Source: Octopus sinensis
Lineage: Eukaryota
Direction: 5' to 3'
NCBI RefSeq assembly: GCF_006345805.1
Contig: NC_043003.1
Span: forward strand, 59,272,001 to 59,336,000
DNA length: 64,000 bases
Under the pieces are notes generated by a model that saw only the letters and a program-made list of their open reading frames with translations, was not told the DNA's origin and did not search any database. Positions within the stretch are counted from its first letter, which is position 1, and the number at the start of each line of letters is the position of its first letter. The translations under genes and the position numbers were made by a program. Below, piece after piece: positions 40,427 through 53,589 of the stretch.

Positions 40427-41184
40427 CCTATGACGAGTAACTTTGAGTGCATACTTCTACCGGTATGGAAAATATCAGGAAATATGTCATATATACAATA
40501 GTTATGTATATGTTTCTTCAATTTACTTGGTGCTGATACGAAATAATGAAATGAATACTAATTTTCAATAGACAAAAATATTTATTACCTTAAAACAAAT
40601 TAAATAAAGCCAATTTCTCATGGGTATATTTGCAATAAATATATGATATTTCTTCTAAATTTTTCAAACGTAATCGTTCTTTACGCTATCAAAACTTATT
40701 TCTGCAAAGTTTCTTTAAAAAAATATGCATTTATGCAAATATAAAACACTCGACTTGCACTTCGTATGTTAAATAGCTATGCATCTCCCTCTGGACACGA
40801 TCACTCTTCCTCTCTCAATTATTTCTGTATTATATACATTTAGGAGTTAATTGGAGTGAAGTCCATTCTTTTTCCGGTCTAAATACAATAAACAGCGGGG
40901 TGACAAAAAGAAAGGAAAGAGAGAATGATAAAGAAGGAAACAAGAAAAGCATTGATCACAAAATTAAACTTAGCCTCAGGTCTTACTAAATAAGACTAAA
41001 AGACTTGAAGACTAAGTTGACCTCGACTTGGTTTAAATTCAGTTAGTAGAAATGCAGAAAGTGTATCGTTAAGGAATCTACACATTATTCAAGCTTCTTA
41101 TATTTACCTATCTTGTTATCTATCCATCTACTTACCTATGGATATATATATATATAAATACAAAATGGGACAAGAACGCAATAT

Positions 41185-41260
<76 letters not shown>

Positions 41261-41446
41261 ATATATATGTATATGTAAAAAACACAAACTGGGACAAGAA
41301 CGCAAAACATTTAGAAGACGATACAAAAAACACGCACGGGACATTCGAAGCCTTCAATCTCCAGTCAAGAACCGGATCAACCTCGCAATTTCGGCTGATT
41401 AATCTTGAGATCGCTCCGATCCGGCCAGCCCCAATGAAAAACTAAG

Positions 41447-42591
41447 GGATCTTTTCATTTCCAAGGCCTGTTTTGTCAGATTTTTCTAGTTAACTAAATA
41501 ATTTGAAACTTTGTATACTGGTAGAGTGTCTCAAAAGAAAACACTAGTTTCAACTTGTTTATTTGAGAAAAATGTATTTTATAACTTTAAGGGTAGATTA
41601 AATCTGCGAATTTTAACCAATCGTATTGTTTGTTTTCATTTCAAATAATTAACTGCATTATCTTAGTGTGACGTAGAAAGCTATTTTGTGACGTAGACAG
41701 CTGTGCGTAGGTCTGTGTTTTGTGTGCGTGTGTTTGATAGGGTGTGGGAGACAGAAAGTACGTTTTGTAAGTGAAGTACTTCTGTTAGTGTGTGTGAAGA
41801 GACAGAGAGTAATGTGTGAAAGAGAGAGATAACTGAAATTTTTTACTCGGTGTATGTGTATATGTATGTATGCATGTATGTGTGTGTGTATTTATCTATG
41901 TATGTGTGTGTGTGTATGTGTGTGTATGTATGTGTGTGTGTGTATGTATGTATGGCCGATTCAGTGTTTACATTATTTCGAGTTAAAACGAAAGATTACC
42001 AAAAGAAATTTGTCTATATCTTCGATCCATTGAGTCAACCTCATTATTTTCTACATAGCAAAGGTAATCTTTCGTTTTAACTCGAAATAATGTAAACACT
42101 GAATCGGCCATACATACATACACACACACACATACATACACACACATACGAAAGATTGTCAAAGATAAAAAGTTACAGAAATAAAAGTTACACGAATAAA
42201 GTAAGGAATAAAAGTCACAAAAAATATACGAAAATTTACAAAAACTAATTTAGTTATATAATATATAAGTTTAATATATAAGTTAGTTAATAATATATAA
42301 AAAAAATGTGAATAGAAACTGTAGGTAACCGGGTGTTTACATTTCACGTATGTTAAATACGTCAGCATACGTCTATTGAGACGGAGTAAATAATATGAAG
42401 CCGAAAGACCGAATATCATTGGTTAAAATTCTAATTATTAAACAACGTTAAACTTTGTAATTACAATTCCGTTTTCATTCTGGTTTACAATTATGTTTTC
42501 TTTTGACACATTCTACCAGTATACGAAGTTTCAAATTGTTTGGTTAAGTAGGAAAAATCTGAAAAAACAGGCCTTGGAAATGAAAAGATCC
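41447..42591. mobile_element. MITE/non-autonomous DNA transposon, 8-bp TSD, GG...CC ends (Merlin- or Mutator-like)
   Basis: TIRs GGATCTTTTCATTTCCAAGGCCTG (~95 bp strong, imperfect to ~170 bp); exact TSD AAACTAAG at 41439-41446 and 42592-42599. Confidence 0.88.
41914..42149. repeat. Perfect 87-bp inverted duplication with 62-bp spacer
   Basis: 41914-42000 is the reverse complement of 42063-42149. Confidence 0.93.
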
Positions 42592-43253
42592 AAACTAAGC
42601 TACGAGCATTAGATTTCTTGGAAAAAGGATCGAATTTATACGAAACAAGGACAGAAAAACGGACGATGCCACACGAATATAAATACAAAAAACAATAATA
42701 GTAATAACAGGACAAAAACAGCGGGTGTCTTACGACTTTAGACAGTTCAACTTAGCCTAGCTGGCGTATTTGGAAAAAAATGCCTTTGCGGCAGACGAAG
42801 AAAACGATGTTGTCAAGGCGGTGGTCAGAAGCCGAAAGGATAGTTGACCGGCGGTCACGTGAGAGGAGGAGAAGAGAGAGAAAAAAAGGGGGCAAAGGAA
42901 TCAAAGAGAGAGAGAAAAAGAGGGACAAAAGCACCAAAGGGGGGGGAGAAGAGAGAGAAAGAAGGTATTAAAGAGGGGAGAAGAAAGAGAGCGTGCCAAG
43001 GATTGGCTTGGCGACAGAATCAGTGAGGTGCAAAGTGAGAAAGACAGAGAAATGTGAGAGAGTGGGGAAGAGGAGACCAAAGAATCAGAGGCAAGAAAAG
43101 AGAAAGACAGAGACTAGTGAAGTATAGAGAAAGTATGTGTAGAAGTCGTACAATAGAGGAATGCTTACATACATAAGGGAACAAGATGTACGTTACGCCG
43201 CAATATTATATGTATAAAAAATATATATAAAAATACAAAATGGGACAAGAACG

Positions 43254-43292
<39 letters not shown>

Positions 43293-44420
43293 TATATATG
43301 TACATGTAAAAAAAACACAAACTGGGACAAGAACGCAAAACATTTAGAAGACGATACAAAATACACGCACGGGACATTCGAAGCCTTCGTGGTGTGTATT
43401 CGGTTTCCTTGTTTATCTCCACTGTCATGTTTTTGTTCCCAACTTTGACCCTCCATAAATCCTAAATTTTATTTTATAATTTATGGGACCAAGTGTCTTT
43501 GAAGACTCTCATTGCTGTTAAATGCTCGAAATGAGGAGTAAATTGACAGCCAACTGATGAAGGATCCTTTTCCGTGTTAACTTGTCCTGTTTTCCATTTT
43601 TTCTGTTTTTACAGAATTTATCTCGCTCCTACGTTTATTGATTAAACTATGATCAGTATCAGCGCTTATCACATTTGAAGAAATAAGTTTCATTACAGAA
43701 GGGTAGAGGACCGCGAAGCGAACTGATAGTGGTGTCGAAGGCCTCAAAGGTGCCTTCCGCAAGAGCTAGCCTAAGTGCCACCTGAAGAGCGGCTTCAAGG
43801 CTGTTATGCTAAATTTGATTAAATTAAACGTCTTGGCAAAATGTGACTGAGAGCTGAATCATATTTAAAGTTTATGTTCTCATTTATTACAGACTACACA
43901 CGCCCCCAGTGTAACCCAAGTTTATGGATACCAAATATAAACTTGTACGAATTTGCTTTGTTTCTTATTAATTTCTTTTAAATGGATGCTGACAATCATT
44001 AATTAGTCGGAAATTTTGGATTCACAGATAAATATTTACATCGAAGCAACCCAGAAAATTACTGAATATCAGTTTCATAAAGATGTACCTAAAAAAAAAA
44101 AGCATGAAGCTAAAACAGATATAGAATATAAAATATAATTTTATTGATATGTTAATTGTCTTTTCGGATAATATATTAGACGAAGAAACATAAGATTCTA
44201 TCACGGCGTTTCCAATTTTAATGAAACTTCGGGATTCGTGACTTCTCCAAGACATATCCATCACACTTCATTAATGAATTTCCAAGTACTGAATGTGTAA
44301 TTAACTTGCCATACGTTATAAGGTCACCATATTCTTATATTCATTTGATATATAGTTAATGTGGTAACATTTTAAAATCAAAGGCGTTTTCGTTATTCAC
44401 CAGCGCTAAAACATTATTAA

Positions 44421-46840
44421 CCCTTGGTCTACCAGAGAAAATGTATGTCACTAATTACTAACAGGGTCCAGTGGACCCAATGTTTTTCTTTTAATTAAAT
44501 TTGATTCAAGCTACCACTATTTCTTAGATACATTATATATGCCATCATCTGAATGAAGAATTACTGTTTCTCATGAATCGACCTCAATAATTATTCTTTG
44601 TTAAGCCATGTACTTATTCTATCGGTCTCAGCTTACACGATATATTACAAATTAAAAAAATTACAAATGTGCAGAATTGCAGCTCTTTATGGCGGTGAAT
44701 GCAGACAACACTGGAATGTTCTTGGCAAACATGGATTTACAATTCTTACATGTGGTACAAGGTCACCTGTGTTTTTTTTTGAGGGGAGGGGGGTCACACA
44801 AAGAACATCTTCCTTTTTCCTTTGGCTGAGGAATCTCAAATGAGGTTGAAGATCGTCTTCTTTTCTTGCTTGGTTGAGAAATATTAGCGGAACTAGAAGA
44901 TTGTTTGTCATATTCTTGTTTATCATTAACTCCAGCAAGTTCCTTTCGTAACTGAATTAGGCACTGTCTTCTTTTATCCTTGAAACATTTCAAGTGAAGC
45001 TGTGTAGCAACAATGAAAGCATTCACTCCACGTATATTAATCTTGTAGAGTATAACTATAGGCCATCTTCGAGTCATTCTTTTGCAAGTGTATGTCCTTA
45101 ACATCTTATCTAGGGTATTTACTCCTACTTTTGTTTTGTTGCAACGTAATAACTTCAGGTTTCTTTTCAGCAATTTTTGAATCAATTGAAGGCTGAGAGC
45201 GCATTGTACTCAAAAGTGTGACTACGTAATTTATTTTGGGACAATAAAATAGGATCATAGAATCCTTTTGAAATCCAAATATTGTGCTGTTGATTTCTCT
45301 TTCTTTTCCATTTGTGAAAGCACTTGGAAGTTCAACTCTGCTCTTTCTAATTGTTCCAACTAAAGTAATTTTCTTGCTAGGCAGCTTTGGAGCCAATCCT
45401 AGATTTGTAAAAAAGATTATCACAAGTTATATTGCAACCAGTATTTTCAAGTTCTTTTACTAGGTCTTCAACAATACATAAATCTTAATTTGTCTCTCTC
45501 TCTCCCTCATACCGGGTCTTTTCGAGTGTAGATTTGCATTTTCCAGACATAAGATGTTTTCACCGTCGCATATTGTCCAAATTTTGATTCCATATTTGCC
45601 TGGTTTTGAAGGAATATATCCTTGGAATGAACAGCACCCTTTAAATTAAACTAATTGTTCATCAGCTGTCATGCATGAACTTGGAACATATCCATTTGCA
45701 AATTCTGATTCCACATTTCAAATACTTCTCTTATGGGCTCTAATTTATCATCACTTCTCTTTTTTCTTTCTTACACTAGCATCATCAAAACGTAATACTT
45801 GTAAAATCTGTTGAAATCTTCCCCGGCTCACAATGTTTTTGATTATTGGTGGGGGTGTGAGGGACATTTTCTTGACTACATAACTGTGTGATATTTCCAT
45901 GTTTAGATCTACAAACACCTATATGAATAATCAGTACTACAAATTTCTTTAGTTCAAAGTGGTCAATTTCCTTCTATTTATATTTGTAAACAACCTGACC
46001 TTCAACATTTGTCCATTTAAGAATTACTTCAAGAAGATTCTGCCGCATAAACATAGTAAAGCATTTTTCAATGCTATCGCGCGAACATTTAGCAAAACGG
46101 GATGGTCCTCATTCTTGGTGCACAATATTGCAAGATAAGGTTCTTACTGCTGTTTGAGTAAGAGGATCATTCATAATTTGGTGGCTTGCAGATAATTCTT
46201 TTTGAGTATCTTCATCATCTCATGACACAGAACTCATGTCCAAACACGATCACTTTCACCATCATATTCTTCCCATTCTTTATTTAATTCCAATAACTTT
46301 TTCGATATTTGGATTTCACTCAAGTTTTCAAGCATAACAGACCTATATGAAACTTGATAGCAAACTAAAGGCAGATATTGCTCTCTCACATAAACATATT
46401 CTCCTGAAAGATGTTGCAATATATTGTAAGAATTGCGCCATCACAGAAATATTGCATCAAGCTATAACCTAGTAGAATGAAGGTGATGCAATACCATACA
46501 AATTTACAGGAATATTTTCATATTTTTCCTATCAGCAAATTTTATCTATTTTATACCTGATAAATATCTAGAAAAATAATATTTGAAACTGCTTTTATTC
46601 TGTTTAGAATGACAAGAGTATTGTCTGAATTTAATTCGAGGGTCCAGTAGACCCACACGGTAATTAATGTATAAAGTGAAATTTTCTAGCTTTTATGAAC
46701 ATACGGAACATTTCCCATTTGTCAAATAAAAGAGAGTCAAGAAAAGATAAGAGTCACGAGAAAACAGCAGAATCAAATAATATAAACAGTAGGAAAAAAC
46801 AACTGAAAAACTGAAAGGGTCCATTGGACCCGTTGGTAGA
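44421..46840 (-). mobile_element. Decayed piggyBac-superfamily transposon
   Basis: TTAA|CCCTTGG end at 44417-44427; three GGGTCCANT(G/A)GACCC palindromes at 44464, 46640 and 46817; the other terminus is degenerate. Confidence 0.85.
44690..46335 (-). pseudogene. piggyBac-type DDD transposase pseudogene
   Basis: Motifs TADEQLV, YIPSKPGKYGIKIW, NITCDN, LVGTIRK, GVNTLD (third Asp changed to Asn), TRRWP, and Cys-rich RCSLC...CTTC...HVCQEH; many stops and frameshifts. Confidence 0.92.
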
Positions 46841-47387
46841 TGTAATATACATATATACCTACAAAACAATATCAATATGTGTAGACGAAAATTTCATGAG
46901 TTCTGCAATGAATGAATAAATTAGTGGATGACAAAGTTTTTAACGATTATATAGACAATCAATAAAACCTCGAGGATTTCGATTTGTTTATGAATTTTCT
47001 TCCTTATATATGATAACACTGATTTCATACTGCTATCGTTTGAATTATCGGTGAGAAGTAAAGATAATCACTCAAAAGTCATCGACCTCTAATAATGCCA
47101 GAGCAATCAAATTTGAGTATTTGGTACTTTTTCACCATATTTTAACATGAACATTACAGCGTTCAGTGATATCTAAGGAAAATACGTTACAAACGTACTG
47201 TGTAAAGTCATTTGGCACATCTTCAAGACCAAAGAAAAAAAAGGAGGAAATATATTTTCCGATGGTCTTGCGATTCAGTTAGCATATCCGGCTTGCTCTA
47301 TCTAATAAATAAACTTGAGCATTTGAAGTCAAAACTTTTACGCTTGTAAATACAACGCAAGTGTGTGCACGTATATATGTATGTATG

Positions 47388-47421
<34 letters not shown>

Positions 47422-47581
47422 TGTATGTATGTATGTATGTATGTATGTATGCATGCATGTATGTGTATATGTAGGGATGGATGAATTAATTAATAGACAT
47501 ACAGAGAGAGTGAGAGAGAGAGATTGACAGATAGGTAGATAGATAAGGTAGATCGATAAATAAATAAATAGATAGATAGAT

Positions 47582-47666
<85 letters not shown>

Positions 47667-47709
47667 CAGACATATGCACCTAAATATGTCTGTATTTTAG
47701 CCGTTATCT

Positions 47710-47900
47710 TTTACATGTTACAGTTATTACAGGACGGTCATACTGAGGCAACTTGAGAACTTAGTCGAATTAATCGACTCCAGTACTTCATTATTTTAGG
47801 CCTTCTGCTTATTCTATCCAATTCCTTTTGTCGAAACGTTATGTTACAGGGACGTAAACAAACCAACACCGGTTGTCAAGCGGTGGTGAGGCAAACACAG
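47710..47900 (-). mobile_element. Decayed family-A-related SINE 3' part
   Basis: Contains GGGACGTAAACAAACCAACACCGGTTGTCAAGCG and CTTATTCTATC. Confidence 0.7.
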
Positions 47901-48222
47901 AGAAACACATATGCATATAAAACACATATTTATATATACTGTCACATGCACACATATATCTATATCTGTGCTTGTGTGTGTGTGTGTGTGTGTGTGTGTT
48001 TTGTTTGGAGAGATGAAATTCGAAACATCTGGCAGTGTTGTAAGAAGACAATTAACTCGAAGTATACTTAAAACTTTTGCATTATTTAATTCTTTCTTAT
48101 TTTGGATAACTACAACCACCTGATCGAAATCTCTATCTCTCTCTTTTAATATTTTTAAACACACACACACACAAATATACACAAACATTCATACACTAAC
48201 ACACACAAAGACATAATATATA

Positions 48223-48279
<57 letters not shown>

Positions 48280-48288
48280 ATTATATAT

Positions 48289-48324
<36 letters not shown>

Positions 48325-48396
48325 GTGAAACATACATATATGTACATATACACATACATATATATATATATACACATACATACATACACACATGCA

Positions 48397-48466
<70 letters not shown>

Positions 48467-49495
48467 ATGTAGTTAGATAGATAGGTAGATTATAATTGAT
48501 TTACTGCAATATATATGTATATGTACTGATATAATTCTGTTATAAACGATGCTATTAATCATAACTATTTCTTGGAGTACAATTTTTGAGAAATTGGAAC
48601 CTTCAAATCATTCAGTCTGTAAACTAAACTTAATCTTGTAAGAGAAGAAAACGATTTTAAAATGTGACATTATCAATTAACTTCGTATTACAGAACGTGA
48701 GAAAGACAACAGTACAAGAAATCACAGCTCTTCTCTCTTTCTTCCACTCGTTATAACTCACGCATATTCCACTACACTCATATTCCCATTAGATGTACAG
48801 ATACACACATTGACATACATAATACATTGTTTTAATAAAATATTTTTCAACAAATAGTAATGTTTACAGCGCCTGTGGCTCTATCATGTCTAGATAATAC
48901 GGCTTTTCTATTAGTTCCTCACGACATCTTTAAAATGCTTTTTTTTCTTCTTCTGTAATATACATTATATACATATGTGTGTGTGTATGTGTCAGTGTGA
49001 GTGTTTGTATGTGTGTGTATGTTATCTTTATATATGCATGTGTTATATAAATATACATATATAGCTATGTATGTATATACAGGTACCCATTCATAATATG
49101 TATACTTATATTTCATATGATCTCACACATACCTCATTGATGTCATAAATTCCTACACACACGCAAACACACACACACACACACAAACAAACAAACACAC
49201 ACACATCATAGATAGATCGATATGTATATATATACATATAGATACATTTATTTGTTTATCTATCTATCTATACGCACACAGAGAAACACACACACGCACA
49301 CACACATATATATATATAGGTAGACAGACAAATCGATAGCTGGATGGATGGATAGATAGATGTGTAGAGAAGTATGGATGTGTAAATTCATAGTTATGTT
49401 TGCATTTTAATTATTGCTTGCCAGTAATGTTGCTAAGAATGTGGCATTTAACATGAATATGTGTATTTTTTATGATGATGATGATGATGATAATA

Positions 49496-49552
<57 letters not shown>

Positions 49553-49570
49553 TAATAATAATAATAATAA

Positions 49571-49865
49571 GGAATGATCAAGAAGGGAACCGAAAATTAT
49601 ATGAGAATGATCACTGGCTTACCATCTCTGCAAGAAGTGCAAAAGATTGTCTTAACTGGTACATCACACGTATTGAGAAGAGCATTGTCGATGTGAGAAC
49701 TATTACTACCCATGTATTTTAATTTAACTTAAAAAAAAAAAAATGAACGAACTAGTGAGTTTAGTTTAATGGCTTACCAATGTATACTATGAGTTTCTTT
49801 GCCCTAGGAGTCGGGAAGACACTCGGCAAGAAATGGAAGCAAATTTGAAAGAAGAAAAAAAAAAG
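49571..49865 (+). mobile_element. 5'-truncated RLE-type non-LTR element 3' end (R4/Dong-like), family 1
   Basis: GMIKKGTENYMRMITGLPSLQEVQKIVLTGTSHVLRRALSM* (stop 49694-49696) plus 3' UTR, flanked by (TAA)n on both sides. Confidence 0.75.
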
Positions 49866-49919
<54 letters not shown>

Positions 49920-49928
49920 GTAATAATA

Positions 49929-50116
49929 ACACCAGGACTTACAAACACATATAACATACAGAAAATTGCACTACTAGGCACTGCACACATCCTACGCAGA
50001 ACACTTTCCATACAATAACCATCAGAGCATCACAACAAATCACAGCACATACCCAAGGCACACAGAGCTGCGCTCGGTAGTGAATTGAAAGCACGCTATA
50101 AAAATAAAACTACTGA
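49929..50116 (+). mobile_element. 5'-truncated RLE-type non-LTR element 3' end (R4/Dong-like), family 2
   Basis: PGLTNTYNIQKIALLGTAHILRRTLSIQ* (stop ends 50018) plus 3' UTR, flanked by (TAA)n. Confidence 0.78.
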
Positions 50117-51385
50117 ATAGTAATAATAATAATAATCAACAACAACAAAAACAACCGCAACAACTTTCTAACAAATGTCACAAAATTCCACTTCTTTTTC
50201 ACACACCGACTGCTCTGCTCGGTCTGCCAGAAACTTCAATCGTTATTTCTTCCAAAATTCTCACTACAGTCTTCAAATATACAAGATACTATCATTGAAT
50301 ACTGGTTACTCCACAGCGGGAAATACAAGTGTCACTTCAGTTAAAGGGTTGTTCCAAATATGTCTGTTTGTCATAGTTTCAATATTTTTCACAAAAGTAG
50401 ACCTTGACTACAACATCTACGAACTACCATAAAGAAAGCACTAAATCATCTCAAATTGTATCTGTCATAATTTACAAACTTCTCACTCGGAGATAATGAC
50501 GTTCTATATTCTCACAAAGAATATCAGCAATTGCAACTTATTAACAGATAATCTTTGTTTTCATTTATCGTCACAAGACTGCACCGAATACATTTAACAC
50601 TAAGCGTTTCATGCGATAAAGTAAATTTTTGTAACCGTGATACAAAATATAAAAGAAATTCTACAATACTTAGTCAGGGTTGACATTGCAACTCATTAAA
50701 TACAAGGATATAAAATAGCAGAAACCAGACATATCTCTTAATGTTGGGAATATATGTGTTAGGGATTGGCAGATTTGGTAGAGTGGTTCTCTACAGTATT
50801 TGGTCCGAAGTTTTAGGCTCTAAGATCAAGTAGCGCTGGGATAGGAATTTGTCCTTCACTACGGTAGGGTCGATGATATCGAGACGTGTCCTGAATCATA
50901 TAATGCTTACCATTATTCCACCTCTATATTAACTAATTTACCTCTAAATTAACTAATTTACCTCTAATAGAGGTAAATGAACTTCATGTACCTCTATTTT
51001 CCTTTCGTTTATTAAACCCTCTCTTTATATGTAACCCATGCAAGCTTAACATTTCACCCTGTATTGACATACATGCTTGTTTGAACTCAAAAGAGAACTA
51101 TAAAAGCAATCGTTAATTTCCTACATTGAAGATTACTAACATAAATATGACATTCATCTCTTATCTGTCTCTCCCCTCATAATCGTTGAAGTATTTTTTT
51201 TACTCTCTCGGCACAATTACTTTCACTACACTTGCAATTAAACTACTAAAAACTCTTCTTTATATCCCATAAAAACAGATTATAAGCCATTTGTTTGAAA
51301 TCAGCATGTTCTGTACGCAAGATCAATCAAAATATATACGTGCGAAATAACTAGAAGACCTTTAGCGACTGACAAAAACAATATG

Positions 51386-51531
<146 letters not shown>

Positions 51532-51736
51532 TATGTATATATATATATACTCGTATATAAATTTATATAAATAAGGATAAGATCGTTAATTTAAATATCG
51601 ATCTTATCAAGCGGTCAGCATGGGAATAAAAACCTTCAAAGGTAATAATTATTATTAAAATTATAATTTAGGGTACCTAAATGCTGGAAATAGCAGCCAC
51701 AACTTGATTCTAAAACCACATTAAATGCTCATACAG

Positions 51737-51771
<35 letters not shown>

Positions 51772-51775
<4 letters not shown>

Positions 51776-52148
51776 AGTGGCTGGGTGGTAAGTAGCTTGC
51801 TTACGAATCACATAGTTCCGGGTTCAGTCCCACTGCGTGGCACCTTGGGCGTCTTCTACTATAGCCTCGGGCCGACCAAACCTTCTGAGTGGATTTGGTA
51901 GACGGAAACTGAACGAAGCTCGTCGTATATATGTTTGTGAGTCTGTGCCTCTCGCCCACCTGAACATCGCTTGACAACCGATGCTGGTGTGTTTACGCCC
52001 CCGTCATTAGCGGTTCGGCAAAAGAGACCGATAGAATAAGTACTAGGCTTACAAAGAATAAGTCCTGGGGGCGATATGCCCGACTAAAGGCGGTGCTCCA
52101 GCATGGCCACAATCAAGTGTCTGAAACTAGTAAAAGACAGAGTAAAAT
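51772..52148 (+). mobile_element. SINE family A, near full length
   Basis: Head, core and tail present; very short internal tract. Confidence 0.93.
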
Positions 52149-53318
52149 AAAGAAGAATCATATATTCTGTAACATAGACGTGGATGCAGATTGCTCCTAA
52201 AACAAAAGACGGGATGATCATGAATAACAAGAATATCTTTGATCCTAAGACCGAAGACGTAGAGCTACGCACATTCTATTTAATTAATTTTTTGGAGTTC
52301 TTTTTTTTTAGTAACAGCTACGTTTGAACCAAACTTAAAGCCATATATATATATGTCATTCAAATTTTGGGAGACTTATTGTTTTCTTGATTGTATCGTA
52401 TGATTTAACTTAATGCTTGCTTAATACTGATGAATGGTCAGACTTATTATCTATCACAAACGCCCTTAATCAAATATTGATCAATTTAGATTCCAAACTG
52501 GTTTACGTTGTCTTCTGAGAAAATACTCATCGTAAATGATAATACACGTGTCATCTTAAAGGTTAAAAGTTTCTTGATGTATTCATTAAATTAAGTAATT
52601 TAGACCTACCTAAATATTAAACAACGTTAGGTTGGTTTGGTTTTCTCTTTATAAAATGTGAATGGTAACATACTAGTAATATTTTGGAGAAAAAAGCATC
52701 ATCACCTTCAATTGAATTTTAAAATTCCTCTGTCTCTACGTGAAAGTGTTTAATATCGCAATTGAATGAACACCGAACTGAAATAGTCACCTAATTTACA
52801 TTAGATAATTATCATATTGACAGACGCGTAACAGACCAGGCAGGCAAGAAAACGGTTGTTTAATGACCGTAATTGTCTAAAAGTTCTTCCTCTAAAAGAC
52901 AGGAAAGATTCCCACGTAAATAAAATTCTGTCTTCACTATATAATAGACTTTTGGTTAATTTATTAAAGTTTTATTCGGTTCAACCATGAAGAAGGCTCC
53001 ACCTATTTTGTTGTCGTTTAAATGCAAAATATCGGAAATGACTTCTTACACCTTTAAAATAAATTCCTCTGACAACTGTTTCATTAAACTCACACAGTGA
53101 CACTTTGGAAATATAGGAGAAATGGGGTCGAGAGAGGAGGTTGGGACAAGAGAGGAAGAGAGAGAAAAGAGGGAGAAGTGGAGAGAGAAAGAGAGAAAGA
53201 AAGAGTGTGTGAGAGGAAATGTAAGGGTAGCATCTGTGAGCTTGACTCTTTATCAGATTAATAGATGAAGTAAGAACTGAATTATAAAAAAAACAATGGA
53301 AGAATTTTTACGTGATCT

Positions 53319-53349
<31 letters not shown>

Positions 53350-53386
53350 TATATATATTAGAAATATGAAATTTCTACAACCACTC

Positions 53387-53431
<45 letters not shown>

Positions 53432-53589
53432 TATATATATATATGATCTAAAGTAGCTGATTTTAAAACATCTGAAGAAGATTCACATAGTAACACCACT
53501 AAACACTAATGTTTGTTTCCACTTTTACATGGCTGTTCCATGTAGAACCATGTTACTATATTTTAACCCTATATATTTTATATATATAT

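Larger units (their letters stand above)
41158..43388. mobile_element. Non-autonomous element with direct terminal repeats (Penelope-like, inferred)
   Basis: 41158-41355 and 43233-43388 are direct repeats, each with TGGGACAAGAACGCAA twice around a TA tract. No ORF recognised. Confidence 0.55.

Noticed and set aside
52740-52900. Homeodomain/TGACAG-rich possible enhancer
   Set aside because: These motifs are too short and common in AT-rich DNA to support without conservation data.
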